NCBI GenBank assembly: GCA_031551255.1 | Contig: JAVBNW010000045.1 | Coordinates: 63,430 to 127,429 of the forward strand | DNA: 64,000 bases | DNA from: Eubacteriales bacterium | Lineage (GTDB): Bacteria; Bacillota; Clostridia; Christensenellales; UBA1750 | Direction: 5' to 3' | Part shown: positions 52,477 through 61,951 of the stretch, one piece after another | Position numbering within the stretch: the first letter of the stretch is position 1 | Layout: the number at the start of each line of letters is the position of its first letter | The notes under the pieces: model-generated | Databases searched by the model: none | Told to the model about the DNA's origin: nothing | What the model saw: the letters and a program-made list of their open reading frames with translations, nothing else | Position numbers and translations under genes: made by a program

Positions 52477-52817
52477 AGCCCTCCGCCGAAGAGGCGCGAC
52501 GAAGGTTACGACGAGCGGCCGATACGCCGGGTGGCTGGAGTTACCCGTTACGAGGCGATGCGAGCGCGCCGAGCGCGCAAAAGCGACGATCGATCTTATC
52601 GCTCAGCGCGTTCTCAAAGCTCACATCGGGGGCCTCCGGCATCGGCTGCCGTCGGCATTCGCGAACCGCAAGAGCGTACGGCCATAGGCCCACGCAGGGC
52701 GCGCGCATAAACCGCGTTAAGAACCTGCATTCCGCTGCGACGCGTCACAGTGCGTCAACCTGCTGAGCTAAAAGCCGTATGTTGTGCTTATACTATATGA
52801 AAATGCTCATCACAATC

Positions 52818-53960
52818 TTAATCCAGCAGTGTTACCGCTTCCGCCATATTTCTCATAACCGGCACCCCGAAGGGACAACGGTTCTCACAGTTGCCACAGC
52901 CAATGCACTCACTTGCACCATGAGATAGGCTTAAATAATGGGAACGAATGGATGGGGGTACATTGGCTGGATGTAAGCGGGCAATATCTAGGTACTTATT
53001 AACCGATGCGATGTCAATCTCTGCCGGACAAGGCTGACAGTGGCTGCAATATACACAGTTGCCCTTAAAATCATTGCGCACGGCGCCAAGTATTTCGGCA
53101 TAATCCCGCTCCGTATCGTCAAGCTCAAAATAACGCACAGCGTCTAATACTTCCACTGACGTTTGGCAGCCCAGCAATACACTGGCCACCGCCGGCCTCG
53201 ACAGCGCATAGTGAATGCACCGCGGCACCGTGAGCGGTCTTGCGAACGGCGTGTGTTCCGGCAAAATTAGCTTACCGCCACCTAAGGTTTTCATCACCGT
53301 AATGCCAACCTGCTTCTGTGTACAAAGCTTATATAACTCCTGACGCTTAGGATCGATTCCCCGAAATAATTCAGGAGCAAAGCCATTATCCTTGTGATCA
53401 AAAATGTTCTCTTCCGCCGGCAGCATATCAAAAGCGGGATTGACGCTAAACATAAGCATCTCCGGCAAGCCTGTATGAATCGCCTTAGCTGCCGTCTCGG
53501 GATTATGTGAGCTAAAACCGATATGCCCGATGTAGCCTTTTTCTTTCAGATGCATCACATAATCAGCAAAACCTGTTTCAAAAACATCTTGATAGTCTTT
53601 CTCCGAGTCGATAAAAAACATCATCCCAAAGTCAATATAGCCGCCAAAGATACGCAGAATGTCCTCGAAGTACTTTTTTACCGTAGGCATGTCGCGGCTT
53701 ATATCATATTGGTATCTTATATCCGTGGAACCGATATGACCTTGAATCATTACCCGATCGCGCCGGCTTCCTAATGATTTTGCGATATTCTCCCGAATTT
53801 CTTTTCCGGGCATAAACACGTCTAAAATATTGACGCCGTGTTCCAGCGCAGCGTCAATCGTTTCTTTGATCTGCGCATATGGTTTACCATCAAGATTCTC
53901 GCAACCAAGACCAATGGCGCTGACTTGCCGTCCGGTCTTGCCAAGTTCTCTATATTCCAA
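52818..53960 (-). CDS. Aldo/keto reductase fused to a C-terminal 4Fe-4S ferredoxin-type domain
   Basis: 380-aa ORF: MEYRELGKTGRQVSAIGLGCENL...; C-terminal CVYCSHCQPCP...CIGCGNCENRCP. The gene is visibly AT-richer than its flanks. Confidence 0.85.
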   Translation of the reverse strand: MEYRELGKTGRQVSAIGLGCENLDGKPYAQIKETIDAALEHGVNILDVFMPGKEIRENIAKSLGSRRDRVMIQGHIGSTDIRYQYDISRDMPTVKKYFEDILRIFGGYIDFGMMFFIDSEKDYQDVFETGFADYVMHLKEKGYIGHIGFSSHNPETAAKAIHTGLPEMLMFSVNPAFDMLPAEENIFDHKDNGFAPELFRGIDPKRQELYKLCTQKQVGITVMKTLGGGKLILPEHTPFARPLTVPRCIHYALSRPAVASVLLGCQTSVEVLDAVRYFELDDTERDYAEILGAVRNDFKGNCVYCSHCQPCPAEIDIASVNKYLDIARLHPANVPPSIRSHYLSLSHGASECIGCGNCENRCPFGVPVMRNMAEAVTLLD

Positions 53961-54030
53961 TTTTATGAAGCCCCCTTTTCAATAGCGTATTCACTCTGCC
54001 CAATGGATCATTCGCGTTGGGCGACCCGCA

Positions 54031-55224
54031 TTAAAGATTGCGAAACACCAACTTGTTGCGGCCACCGTCTTTGGCGGCATAGAGCGCTTCATCCGCTTGC
54101 CGGATCATCGCCTGCGCATCGCTGTCCTGAGCGGGCACGGCGCTAAAGCCGCCGATGGAAACCGTTACGACCGGCGCTGCGCGCGAGCCGGAATGCGGCA
54201 TTTGCAGGTTTTCGACGGAGTCCTTGACGCGCATGAGCAATTGCCGGTCTTTTTCCGCGTCTTCGCCGCGCAAGAGGATGATAAACTCTTCGCCACCAAA
54301 GCGCGCGAGGGTGTCGTTGGCTCTGCGCAACTCGCTGCGCATCGCGTCGGCCACTTTGCGAAGGCATACGTCTCCCTCCTGGTGGCCGTAAATGTCGTTA
54401 TATTGCTTGAAGTCGTCCACGTCCGCGATGGCGATGGTCAGCCGTTGGCCGTCCCGGCACGCGCGCCTCCATTCGGCGTCGACGGTTTCGTCGAAGCGGC
54501 GGCGGTTCATCAGAAAGGTAAGGGGATCGGTAACGGAAAGTTCGGCAAGTTCCGTATTCAGCTTGCTCAGCTGGTTATTTTTCTCTTGAATGGTGCGGTT
54601 GGCGAGAAACTGCCGGTAGGCGCCCGCGTATACCACGCGCGATACCACCCAAGCGAGCAGCGCGTTGATGGTGGTGTTGATGAAGGTGCCGCTGTACGCG
54701 CCCGCGTCGGGATAGAGAAGATATATTCCCACGACAACGACTATCTGCGCGGCGAAAAGCATAGCAAGGGACGCATACGGAGGGATGAGGAAGACCACCA
54801 TGAGCAAATATTGCATCGCGATAAGCACGATGCCCTGTTCATTGCCGGAGGTAAGATCCGTCAGCGTGACGACGGCCGCCCAAAGAAGAGCCAGCGTCGT
54901 ACCCAGCGGCGCGATGATCCCCGCCCACAAAAGGCCGCTTTCCGTATCGGCGGCGTAGGAACGGTAGAAAAGCAAGCCTACGGCCATCATAAGCGCCATG
55001 ATCAGGTACAGCGAAGCGTAGTATTTTGCGTGCTCGCCGGCGACGCCCGTAGCGATGCGGACTACCGAGCGCATCAGCATGGCAAGCTCCACAAGCAGCG
55101 TCGTGATTGCCACGGCGCGCACCCTGGTCATATTCTGCCGGGTGACGATTTGGCCGAATGGCGTTTTATGCTCGGGATCTACCACGACAAACAGCTGCAA
55201 GATCATATCGCGCAATGTCATCAT
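54031..55224 (-). CDS. Membrane-bound diguanylate cyclase (GGEEF)
   Basis: 397-aa ORF with a multi-TM N-terminus, then DPLTFLMNRRRF...DVDDFKQYNDIYGHQEGDVCL...ARFGGEEFIILL. Confidence 0.88.
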   Translation of the reverse strand: MMTLRDMILQLFVVVDPEHKTPFGQIVTRQNMTRVRAVAITTLLVELAMLMRSVVRIATGVAGEHAKYYASLYLIMALMMAVGLLFYRSYAADTESGLLWAGIIAPLGTTLALLWAAVVTLTDLTSGNEQGIVLIAMQYLLMVVFLIPPYASLAMLFAAQIVVVVGIYLLYPDAGAYSGTFINTTINALLAWVVSRVVYAGAYRQFLANRTIQEKNNQLSKLNTELAELSVTDPLTFLMNRRRFDETVDAEWRRACRDGQRLTIAIADVDDFKQYNDIYGHQEGDVCLRKVADAMRSELRRANDTLARFGGEEFIILLRGEDAEKDRQLLMRVKDSVENLQMPHSGSRAAPVVTVSIGGFSAVPAQDSDAQAMIRQADEALYAAKDGGRNKLVFRNL

Positions 55225-55490
55225 CCATTCGCCTCAATCAAGCTCGCAAGCGACGCGCATACTTTAAAAATGATGAAGATAGGGAGAGCTCGTTCGGATA
55301 GGGGCCGACACTTTTCCCATACAGTATATCATGTAAGGGGCCGGTTGTCGTGGGGCTAGAGAATCTTACAAAACCGCATTTCAAGCGGCAATACAAAGTT
55401 GAAAGGCCGACAAGCGGGTTACCGGTCGCTACGTTTGCTTTTGATGAGTTTCCATCGCACATTTTGTTGCGAAAGTAACATCTGCCGCGC

Positions 55491-55519
55491 TTGCTCGTCT
55501 TATTCTTATAGATTACAAT
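55491..55519 (+). promoter_or_regulatory. Sigma-A-type promoter candidate
   Basis: TTGCTC (55491-96), 17 nt, then TACAAT (55514-19). Confidence 0.5.
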
Positions 55520-55576
55520 GGGCGTATACAGTTAACGGATGCGGTGGGCCTACGGCCCGTCGATGGGGGGATACGC

Positions 55577-56650
55577 ATGCGGTTACCCCGCTTTGCCAGG
55601 CTCGCAATTTTCGCTGTCGTCGTTTTGCTGATCATAGGCGGTATAGCGTTCGGCCTTTACGCATTGCTAGGTGGGAGCAGACAAATCGGCGCTACTGACA
55701 GGATTCAGGCCGAGCTTACCGAAACGGTGGTTCCATTTGCCGACGGATATCTCGTATCCAACGGGATGGCGTTTCGGTTTTACGGCCCCGGGAACAAGGC
55801 CGAGGCGGCATGGAGCTATACCGGAAAGGATTTCTCCGTTTCCGATAAGCTGTTGGCGGTCTGGCAGGATTCCAGTCTCGCCGTGCTTAACGCAAAAGGG
55901 GAGGTTTCCTTCAATGGCTCTTTGGAGGGCCCTATCGAATTTGCCCGCTGCGGCAAAGAGGCCGTAGCGGCCTATTTGCCGGGCTCGGGCAGTATGCGGG
56001 TACTCTCGCGCGAGGGAGGAGAGCTCGACACCATACAGACCGGCGCCATGAGCGTGCTCGACGCAGGTTTTTATTCCGACCAGGATCTTCTGTGGATTTT
56101 GCTGCTGAACACCTCTTCCACGCAGCCCACTACTCTTTTGCGCACTTATCAGCCCGGCAAAGCAGAGCTGGGCGGGCAGAGTTTTGACGATCAGCTGATC
56201 TACAGCATTGTATACAACGACAACAAGCTCTATGCCGTAGGCACAGGCAACGTATCCATTGTAAGTCTTGCGAGCAACGAGCTTCTCGATAAAAAACCTA
56301 TGACCTTCGGCTGGCAGCTCATCGATAAAGAAATTATTTCCGGCAACGACGTAGGATTGCTCTTCACGCTTTCAGGCGAAAGCGCGAGCGCCTCTCCCGA
56401 GCGCCTGATGCTTGTGCGCGGAGACGGATCAGAGAGGCAACTACACCTGCCACCCGGCTGCATCGCCGCGTTTGTCGGTGCAAAGGGCGTATGGGGCGTT
56501 GCGCCGCAAAAGGTATATTTCCTGCCCTTCACCGGCAACATGAGCGAGTATGAGCTCGATTTTACCATCAGTGGAATCGGCAGCAAGCTTCCGGGGGGCA
56601 AGGTGATTCTCAGGGCGGACAACGAAACGAAGATACTCACGTTGCCTTAG
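55577..56650 (+). CDS. Membrane-anchored extracytoplasmic protein (DUF5711-like, tentative)
   Basis: Track start is 55544. ATG at 55577 follows GGGGGGAT. It has an N-terminal TM segment (MRLPRFARLAIFAVVVLLIIGGIAFGLYALL) and a beta-rich body. Confidence 0.6.
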   Translation: MRLPRFARLAIFAVVVLLIIGGIAFGLYALLGGSRQIGATDRIQAELTETVVPFADGYLVSNGMAFRFYGPGNKAEAAWSYTGKDFSVSDKLLAVWQDSSLAVLNAKGEVSFNGSLEGPIEFARCGKEAVAAYLPGSGSMRVLSREGGELDTIQTGAMSVLDAGFYSDQDLLWILLLNTSSTQPTTLLRTYQPGKAELGGQSFDDQLIYSIVYNDNKLYAVGTGNVSIVSLASNELLDKKPMTFGWQLIDKEIISGNDVGLLFTLSGESASASPERLMLVRGDGSERQLHLPPGCIAAFVGAKGVWGVAPQKVYFLPFTGNMSEYELDFTISGIGSKLPGGKVILRADNETKILTLP

Positions 56651-56721
56651 GCCCGGCCTGATTTTCGGATTCCCCCTGGCGCTGTAAGCCCGCCTGGTAA
56701 CCCATAACGAAGGAGAATAGC

Positions 56722-57435
56722 ATGAACCTGATCGACATCGCCATATGGGGCGTGCTGGGCGTCAGCATCGTCTTTGGGCTATACTCCGGCTTCCTCGGCT
56801 CGCTGCTCAACAGCGCGGGCATGCTTTTGTCCTATCTATTCGCCTGGTGGTTTTACCGTCCTCTTGCGTCGTGGTTTCAGGGGCACGAAGACTGGGTCGG
56901 CCAGCTGGTGCACTATACCGAGGGCGCGGCGCGCATTCCATCCTTGGAATTGGCCAGATCCAACATTTCCGCGTTGACGCCGGAGCAGATCTCCGCCACC
57001 ATCGAACATGCGAATTTCCCGGTGCCGTTTGGCAAGCTGCTTGCCTCCAACATCCAGGGGCACACGCTTGCGTCCGCCGGGGCGAGCACGCTGGGGCAGT
57101 ATTTCAACAACACCATCGTCGAGGTATCGATCAACCTTTTAAGCTTTGCGATGCTGTTCGTGCTTTTGTATATCGGCTTTTCCATCGCGGTGGCGGCGGT
57201 GAATTACACGGTGAAACTGCCGGTGCTGCGCTCGATGGATTGGCTGGCCGGCGCTTTGGTGGGAATCGGCCGGGGCGTCATGCTCGCGCTGGTGGCATGT
57301 TCGCTTCTGCCTGTCGTGCTGGCCGCGCTGCCCTCGGGGGTGCCGATCGTGGACAGCATGCTCGCTGGCTCGAAAATGCTCTCGTTCTTTTTAAACAGCA
57401 ACCCGATTTTGGACGGCATTCGGGGGTTTATCTAG
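56722..57435 (+). CDS. cvpA: CvpA family membrane protein
   Basis: 237-aa ORF: MNLIDIAIWGVLGVSIVFGLYSGFLGSLLNSAGMLLSYLFAWWFY.... This is the typical CvpA N-terminus, and the protein has 4 TM segments. Confidence 0.75.
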   Translation: MNLIDIAIWGVLGVSIVFGLYSGFLGSLLNSAGMLLSYLFAWWFYRPLASWFQGHEDWVGQLVHYTEGAARIPSLELARSNISALTPEQISATIEHANFPVPFGKLLASNIQGHTLASAGASTLGQYFNNTIVEVSINLLSFAMLFVLLYIGFSIAVAAVNYTVKLPVLRSMDWLAGALVGIGRGVMLALVACSLLPVVLAALPSGVPIVDSMLAGSKMLSFFLNSNPILDGIRGFI

Positions 57436-57684
57436 AATCTGTTCGCGCCCGGGGCACGCGCGGGCATATGCAAAATGTTTGCGATGCCCGGCAAGGCGAC
57501 CAGTCCTAGGCGGCCCAGCATAAAAACGAGAAGGAACATCGGATGATGGCCCTTCTTCTTTTTATTAGCGAAAGCATAGATGACGTTGATTCGTGAAGCA
57601 AGTAGCAATGCGAACAATTCAGCGGTGATGGGTGGGATTCTCGAGCGGGTGGCCGTATCTTTGCACGGCTATCCGCTCGCTGCA

Positions 57685-58581
57685 TCACTCACACGACAAT
57701 ACCCAGTTAACCCCGTACTTGTCTTTCAACTCGCAAAAGCACTGGCTCCAAAAAACTTCCACGGGCTCCCTACCAACCATGCCGCCTTCTTTCAAGACAT
57801 CAAAAGCAGTTTTCAGAGCATCGACACTGCTGAACCCCACATGAATAGACATTCCATTGCCAAAGATGCGCTTCTCGCCGGAGATCATGTCGCCCATACC
57901 GATTCCGCGGTTCCCTAGCATCAAAGTTGCATGACAGACGAGCTCTTCTATCTCTTTCGAATACTGGGAGCCATCTTCCGGCAGCGCGTCTTTGTATCGC
58001 AAAACTTCAGTTTTAGTCTCAAATGCTTTATCGTACAAGGCAAGGGCTTGCGCGCAGTTCCCATTGAAGGCCAGCTCGGCTCTTACCCCCATGAATTCTC
58101 GTTTGCTCAAGACTTCGGCCGCCTGGTTCAGTTCGCTCATCGTCGCCCTCCCCTTTGTGTTTTTTTGGATTAAAGAGAGGGGGCCCGTCATCTCCAGCAC
58201 AGTATCGCCATTGAGGAAATTCAGGTTTAAATTTAGGTGCGCCGCCGCTTCAAGCTCGCTTACAAAATCACTTAAGATCCTTCTGATTGTGGACAAAGCA
58301 GTGATCTCGCCGTCTAAATCATCGATGTTTTTCCTAAAAATCTCAACTAGTGCCGCCGCGTCGTGGTTGTTTAAGATTGCCGATATTTGCTTTACCGGAA
58401 TTTGCAGTTTGCGTAGAATGATGACTTGTTGCAAGCGCTTAACGGCAGGCTCGTCATAGACTCTATACGAGTATCCATCCTTTTTCAGGCTTGCAATGAG
58501 CCCGCTTTGTTCATAATAGCGTAGCATTCTTGTGGAAACACCGTATTTTCTGGATATATCGCTGATTGTCTGTAAGCTCAT
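57685..58581 (-). CDS. MerR-family transcriptional regulator fused to a PhnB/VOC-like C-terminal domain
   Basis: Track ORF runs to 58764. ATG at 58581 follows GGAGGG. The HTH is ISDISRKYGVSTRMLRYYEQSGLI. The C-terminus reads ...ELAFNGNCAQALALYDKAF...DKYGVNWVL. The gene is AT-richer than its flanks. Confidence 0.82.
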   Translation of the reverse strand: MSLQTISDISRKYGVSTRMLRYYEQSGLIASLKKDGYSYRVYDEPAVKRLQQVIILRKLQIPVKQISAILNNHDAAALVEIFRKNIDDLDGEITALSTIRRILSDFVSELEAAAHLNLNLNFLNGDTVLEMTGPLSLIQKNTKGRATMSELNQAAEVLSKREFMGVRAELAFNGNCAQALALYDKAFETKTEVLRYKDALPEDGSQYSKEIEELVCHATLMLGNRGIGMGDMISGEKRIFGNGMSIHVGFSSVDALKTAFDVLKEGGMVGREPVEVFWSQCFCELKDKYGVNWVLSCE

Positions 58582-58764
58582 GTTCGCCCTCCATTTCCTA
58601 ATCTCTATGGCGAAGTATAAACAACGACATCGTGTCCAAGTCAAGAGGGAGCCGGTAATATATTCTCCACGCTGGCGGCGGAGTTTGGTGAAATGCTTTT
58701 GTATCGAGGTGGCGTTGCCGGGCTTTTTTGTGCAAAAGCCGGGTCTGCTGGCGCCCGCCATCAC

Positions 58765-59442
58765 CTATGCCCCAGGCGGGCCTTCCGCAAGTTCGAATCT
58801 GTTTTTTTCAAACCTTACGATGCCCTCATCCCGCATGCGACCGAGTTCTGCGGACATCGCGCTGCGGTCTACGGCCAGGTAGTCGGCAAGCTCCTGTCGG
58901 TTAAAGGGGATCGCAAACGCATTGCTCCTGGCCCTGAGGGCCTCGGCCGATAGATAGCTTAATAACTTTTCCCGGGTCGTGCGCCGCGAAACGCAGTCGA
59001 TCTTTTCCGTGAGCGCAACATTTTTTTGCGCGAGTATGCGCACCATGTTTCGAATGAGCCCTGTGTGGTATGTACAGGCGGAAGGGCAAGTGGAGACGAT
59101 CTTGCGGTAGTCGATCAGCAAGATGAATGCTTTTTCGGTGGCGGCGGCGCTAACCGGAAGCTTATCCACCTGTGCGCACGAAAAAGCCTCGCCGAACAAG
59201 CCGCCCGGCTCGATGTGTGCAAGGATGGAGCGGTTGCCCCAGAAATCCTCCTTAAGAATGTTTACGCCCCCGGCAAGCACTACGCCCACCGTAGTTACCG
59301 CGTCCCCCGCAGCAAAGATATAGCTGCCTTTTTCGTACTGCCGCTGCGTCGCCGTAAGGCAGCTAAGTAAAGCGCGCAGCTCGTCATGCCCAATGCCGTC
59401 AAAAAGTGGACATGCCGCGACGATCGCCAAATATTCCTGCAT
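58765..59442 (-). CDS. Crp/Fnr-family transcriptional regulator (candidate HcpR)
   Basis: Track ORF runs to 59568. ATG at 59442 follows AAGGAGAA. It has a cNMP-binding-like N-terminus and the C-terminal HTH NRQELADYLAVDRSAMSAELGRM. It is divergent from the ferredoxin-hcp pair. Confidence 0.8.
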   Translation of the reverse strand: MQEYLAIVAACPLFDGIGHDELRALLSCLTATQRQYEKGSYIFAAGDAVTTVGVVLAGGVNILKEDFWGNRSILAHIEPGGLFGEAFSCAQVDKLPVSAAATEKAFILLIDYRKIVSTCPSACTYHTGLIRNMVRILAQKNVALTEKIDCVSRRTTREKLLSYLSAEALRARSNAFAIPFNRQELADYLAVDRSAMSAELGRMRDEGIVRFEKNRFELAEGPPGA

Positions 59443-59455
59443 GACTTTCTCCTTG

Positions 59456-59471
59456 TGTTGTAAATACAACA
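59456..59471. promoter_or_regulatory. CRP/FNR-type operator candidate TGTTG-N6-CAACA
   Basis: TGTTGTAAATACAACA is a 7+7 perfect palindrome. Its centre lies about 25-30 nt upstream of a TATAGT -10 hexamer (59488-93) that faces the ferredoxin-hcp genes. Confidence 0.55.
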
Positions 59472-59527
59472 TATTCTCGCCGGCAAGTATAGTATGCTTT
59501 GGCCATCGAGTCAAGGAGGCGAGCAAA

Positions 59528-60229
59528 ATGATCAGAAACATCATCAAAATCGACGCCGATAAGTGCAATGGCTGCGGTCTTTGCGCGGCCGCGTGTCATG
59601 AAGGCGCCATCGGTATGGTGGACGGCAAGGCAGTGCTCTTGCGAGATGATTACTGCGACGGGCTGGGCAATTGCCTGCCGGCGTGCCCGACCGGGGCGAT
59701 TCGCTTTGAGGAGCGCGAAGCGCTGCCCTATAACGAGGCGGAGGTTAAAAAGAACATGCAAAAGGAACAGGCCGCGCCGCTGCCGTGCGGCTGCCCGGGC
59801 ACGAATTCCCGGGCGATCGAACGCCCCGCCGCCGTGCGCGCCGTAAAGGTTCAGGAGCCTGCTCCGTCGCAGCTGCGCCAGTGGCCCGTACAGCTCAAGC
59901 TTGCGCCGGTCAACGCGCCGTATTTCGAAAACGCGCACTTGCTCGTATCCGCGGATTGCGCCGCCTATGCCTATGGAAATTTCCATCAGGATTTTTTGCG
60001 CGGTAAGATCGCCCTGATCGGCTGCCCCAAGCTGGATGAGGGCGACTACAGCGAAAAGCTGACCTCGATTTTGACGGCAAACGATATTCGCTCCGTCACC
60101 GTGGTCAGGATGGAAGTTCCGTGCTGCGGCGGTATTGAAAACGCGGTAAAGACGGCGTTGCGCGAGTGCGGCAAGATGATCCCTTGGCAGGTTATCACGA
60201 TTTCAACCGACGGAACCGTACTGGAATAA
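59528..60229 (+). CDS. 4Fe-4S ferredoxin-domain protein associated with hcp
   Basis: Track start is 59393. ATG at 59528 follows AAGGAGGCG. Sequence: MIRNIIKIDADKCNGCGLCAAACHEGAI...CDGLGNCLPACPTGAI. Confidence 0.82.
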   Translation: MIRNIIKIDADKCNGCGLCAAACHEGAIGMVDGKAVLLRDDYCDGLGNCLPACPTGAIRFEEREALPYNEAEVKKNMQKEQAAPLPCGCPGTNSRAIERPAAVRAVKVQEPAPSQLRQWPVQLKLAPVNAPYFENAHLLVSADCAAYAYGNFHQDFLRGKIALIGCPKLDEGDYSEKLTSILTANDIRSVTVVRMEVPCCGGIENAVKTALRECGKMIPWQVITISTDGTVLE

Positions 60230-60245
60230 GATGGGAGGATTCGGA

Positions 60246-61814
60246 ATGGAAAACATGTTTTGCTTTCAGTGTGAACAAACCGCGAAGGGCTGTGGTTGCA
60301 CCATCGCCGGCGTGTGCGGCAAGGATGCAAGGACTGCCCGAGCACAGGATGAGCTGACCTGCGGGCTGATCGCCCTGGCGAAGGCCGCCGGCGGACGCGC
60401 GTCCCATGCGGTGGTGGACAGGATTGTGGACGGGCTGTTTACCGGGGTTACCAACGTAAATTTCGACGCTCAAAAGATCGAGGGCATGGCCTCCGAGGCC
60501 AAGGCGGACTGCGAGAAACTTGGCGCAAGAGACATAATGGAGCCGGATAAGCTCTTTAGCGGCGAAGAAAACACCGTGTCGCTGCGCTCCACGCTGCTGT
60601 TCGGCCTGCGCGGCATGGCGGCATACGCCCATCACGCCCGCGCGCTCGGCCGGAGGGACGATGCCGTGGATGCCTGGTTTGTCAAGGGCATGGCGGCGCT
60701 GGGAGAGGATCGCACTGCCGAAGAGTGGCTTGCGCTGTTGATGGAATTTGGCGGAATCAATCTTCGGTGCATGGAAGTGCTCGATGAGGCGAACACCGGC
60801 GCATACGGCAACCCGGCGCCCACGCAGGTACCGCTGGCGGTGGAGAAGGGGCCGTTTATCGTGATTACGGGGCACGACTTGCGTGATCTTGACATGCTGC
60901 TTGAGCAGACGGACGGCAAGGGCGTCAATATCTACACGCACGGCGAGATGCTCCCCGCGCACGGCTATCCAGAGCTGAAAAAGCACCCGCAGCTCAAAGG
61001 CAACTTCGGCACCGCATGGCAAAATCAACAAAAGGAATTCGATAACCTGCCCGCGCCAATTCTATTTACAACCAATTGCCTGATGCCGCCTAAAGCGAGC
61101 TATTCGGACAGGGTCTATGCGACATCTGTGGTGGACTTTCCCGGCATGAAGCGCGTCGAGGAAGATGAAAACGGCCACAAGGATTTTTCGCAGCTGATCC
61201 AGCATGCGCTTACGCTGGGCGGATACGGCGAAGATCAGGCTCGCGCGGGCATCAACGGGGGCGCCGCCGTTACCACCGGCTTTGGCCGGCAAACCGTCCT
61301 GGACGCCGCGCCCACGATTATTGAGGCCGTGAAGGCCGGCGCGATCAAACACTTTTTCCTGGTGGGCGGGTGCGATGGCGCAAAGCCCGGCCGCAACTAC
61401 TACACGGATTTTGTAAAGCAGACGCCTGCGGACAGCGTCGTGCTAACCCTTGCGTGCGGCAAGTTCCGCTTCAACGATTGGGATGCCGGTACGATCGGCC
61501 CGTTCCCGCGCGTTCTGGATATGGGGCAATGTAACGACGCCTACGGCGCCATCAAGGTGGCGCTCGCGCTGGCAGAGGCCTTTGCGTGCGGCGTGAACGA
61601 TCTGCCGCTTACGCTGGTGCTTTCCTGGTATGAGCAAAAGGCCGTGTGCATTCTTTTAACGCTTCTGTCACTGGGCATCAAGAATATCTACATTGGCCCG
61701 AGCGTACCGGCGTTTTTCTCCGCTGATGTGGCCAATCTTTTGATCGGCATGTTTAGCTTGCACCCCATTACCACGGTTGAAAAGGATATAGCGGCAATCT
61801 TAACGCCGCAGTAA
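60246..61814 (+). CDS. hcp: Hybrid-cluster protein / hydroxylamine reductase
   Basis: Track start is 60231. GGGAGGA precedes the ATG at 60246. Sequence: MENMFCFQCEQTAKGCGCT..GVCGK, the N-terminal Cys cluster typical of Hcp. Confidence 0.92.
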   Translation: MENMFCFQCEQTAKGCGCTIAGVCGKDARTARAQDELTCGLIALAKAAGGRASHAVVDRIVDGLFTGVTNVNFDAQKIEGMASEAKADCEKLGARDIMEPDKLFSGEENTVSLRSTLLFGLRGMAAYAHHARALGRRDDAVDAWFVKGMAALGEDRTAEEWLALLMEFGGINLRCMEVLDEANTGAYGNPAPTQVPLAVEKGPFIVITGHDLRDLDMLLEQTDGKGVNIYTHGEMLPAHGYPELKKHPQLKGNFGTAWQNQQKEFDNLPAPILFTTNCLMPPKASYSDRVYATSVVDFPGMKRVEEDENGHKDFSQLIQHALTLGGYGEDQARAGINGGAAVTTGFGRQTVLDAAPTIIEAVKAGAIKHFFLVGGCDGAKPGRNYYTDFVKQTPADSVVLTLACGKFRFNDWDAGTIGPFPRVLDMGQCNDAYGAIKVALALAEAFACGVNDLPLTLVLSWYEQKAVCILLTLLSLGIKNIYIGPSVPAFFSADVANLLIGMFSLHPITTVEKDIAAILTPQ

Positions 61815-61904
61815 ACTCTTGGCGCCTACAAGCCCCCATGGCGCTATAGCACGTGGGGGTATTCCTTTCTTATTGTGCCTGTAAGGAACTCCGTGGGACG
61901 TTTT

Positions 61905-61951
61905 GCTACAAATAAATATAATACGTAATATGTATTATATTTATTTGTAGC
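61905..61951. terminator. Perfect 20-bp AT-rich hairpin downstream of hcp (possible terminator)
   Basis: gctacaaataaatataatac-gtaatat-gtattatatttatttgtagc, followed by gttt. Confidence 0.5.

Noticed and set aside
51386-52477. 363-aa plus-strand ORF (and the other long ORFs overlapping glnS)
   Set aside because: They are antisense or alternate frames of glnS, whose identity is unambiguous. This is a typical high-GC shadow ORF.
54097-55359. 420-aa plus-strand ORF
   Set aside because: It is antisense to the GGEEF diguanylate cyclase gene. Its composition is Arg/His/Asp-rich with no recognisable motif.
57432-57617. 61-aa minus-strand ORF (hydrophobic core MFLLVFMLGRLGLVALPGIANIL)
   Set aside because: It could be a small membrane peptide. 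However, the RBS is weak, it overlaps the cvpA stop, and I recognise no family, so it is not called as a feature.
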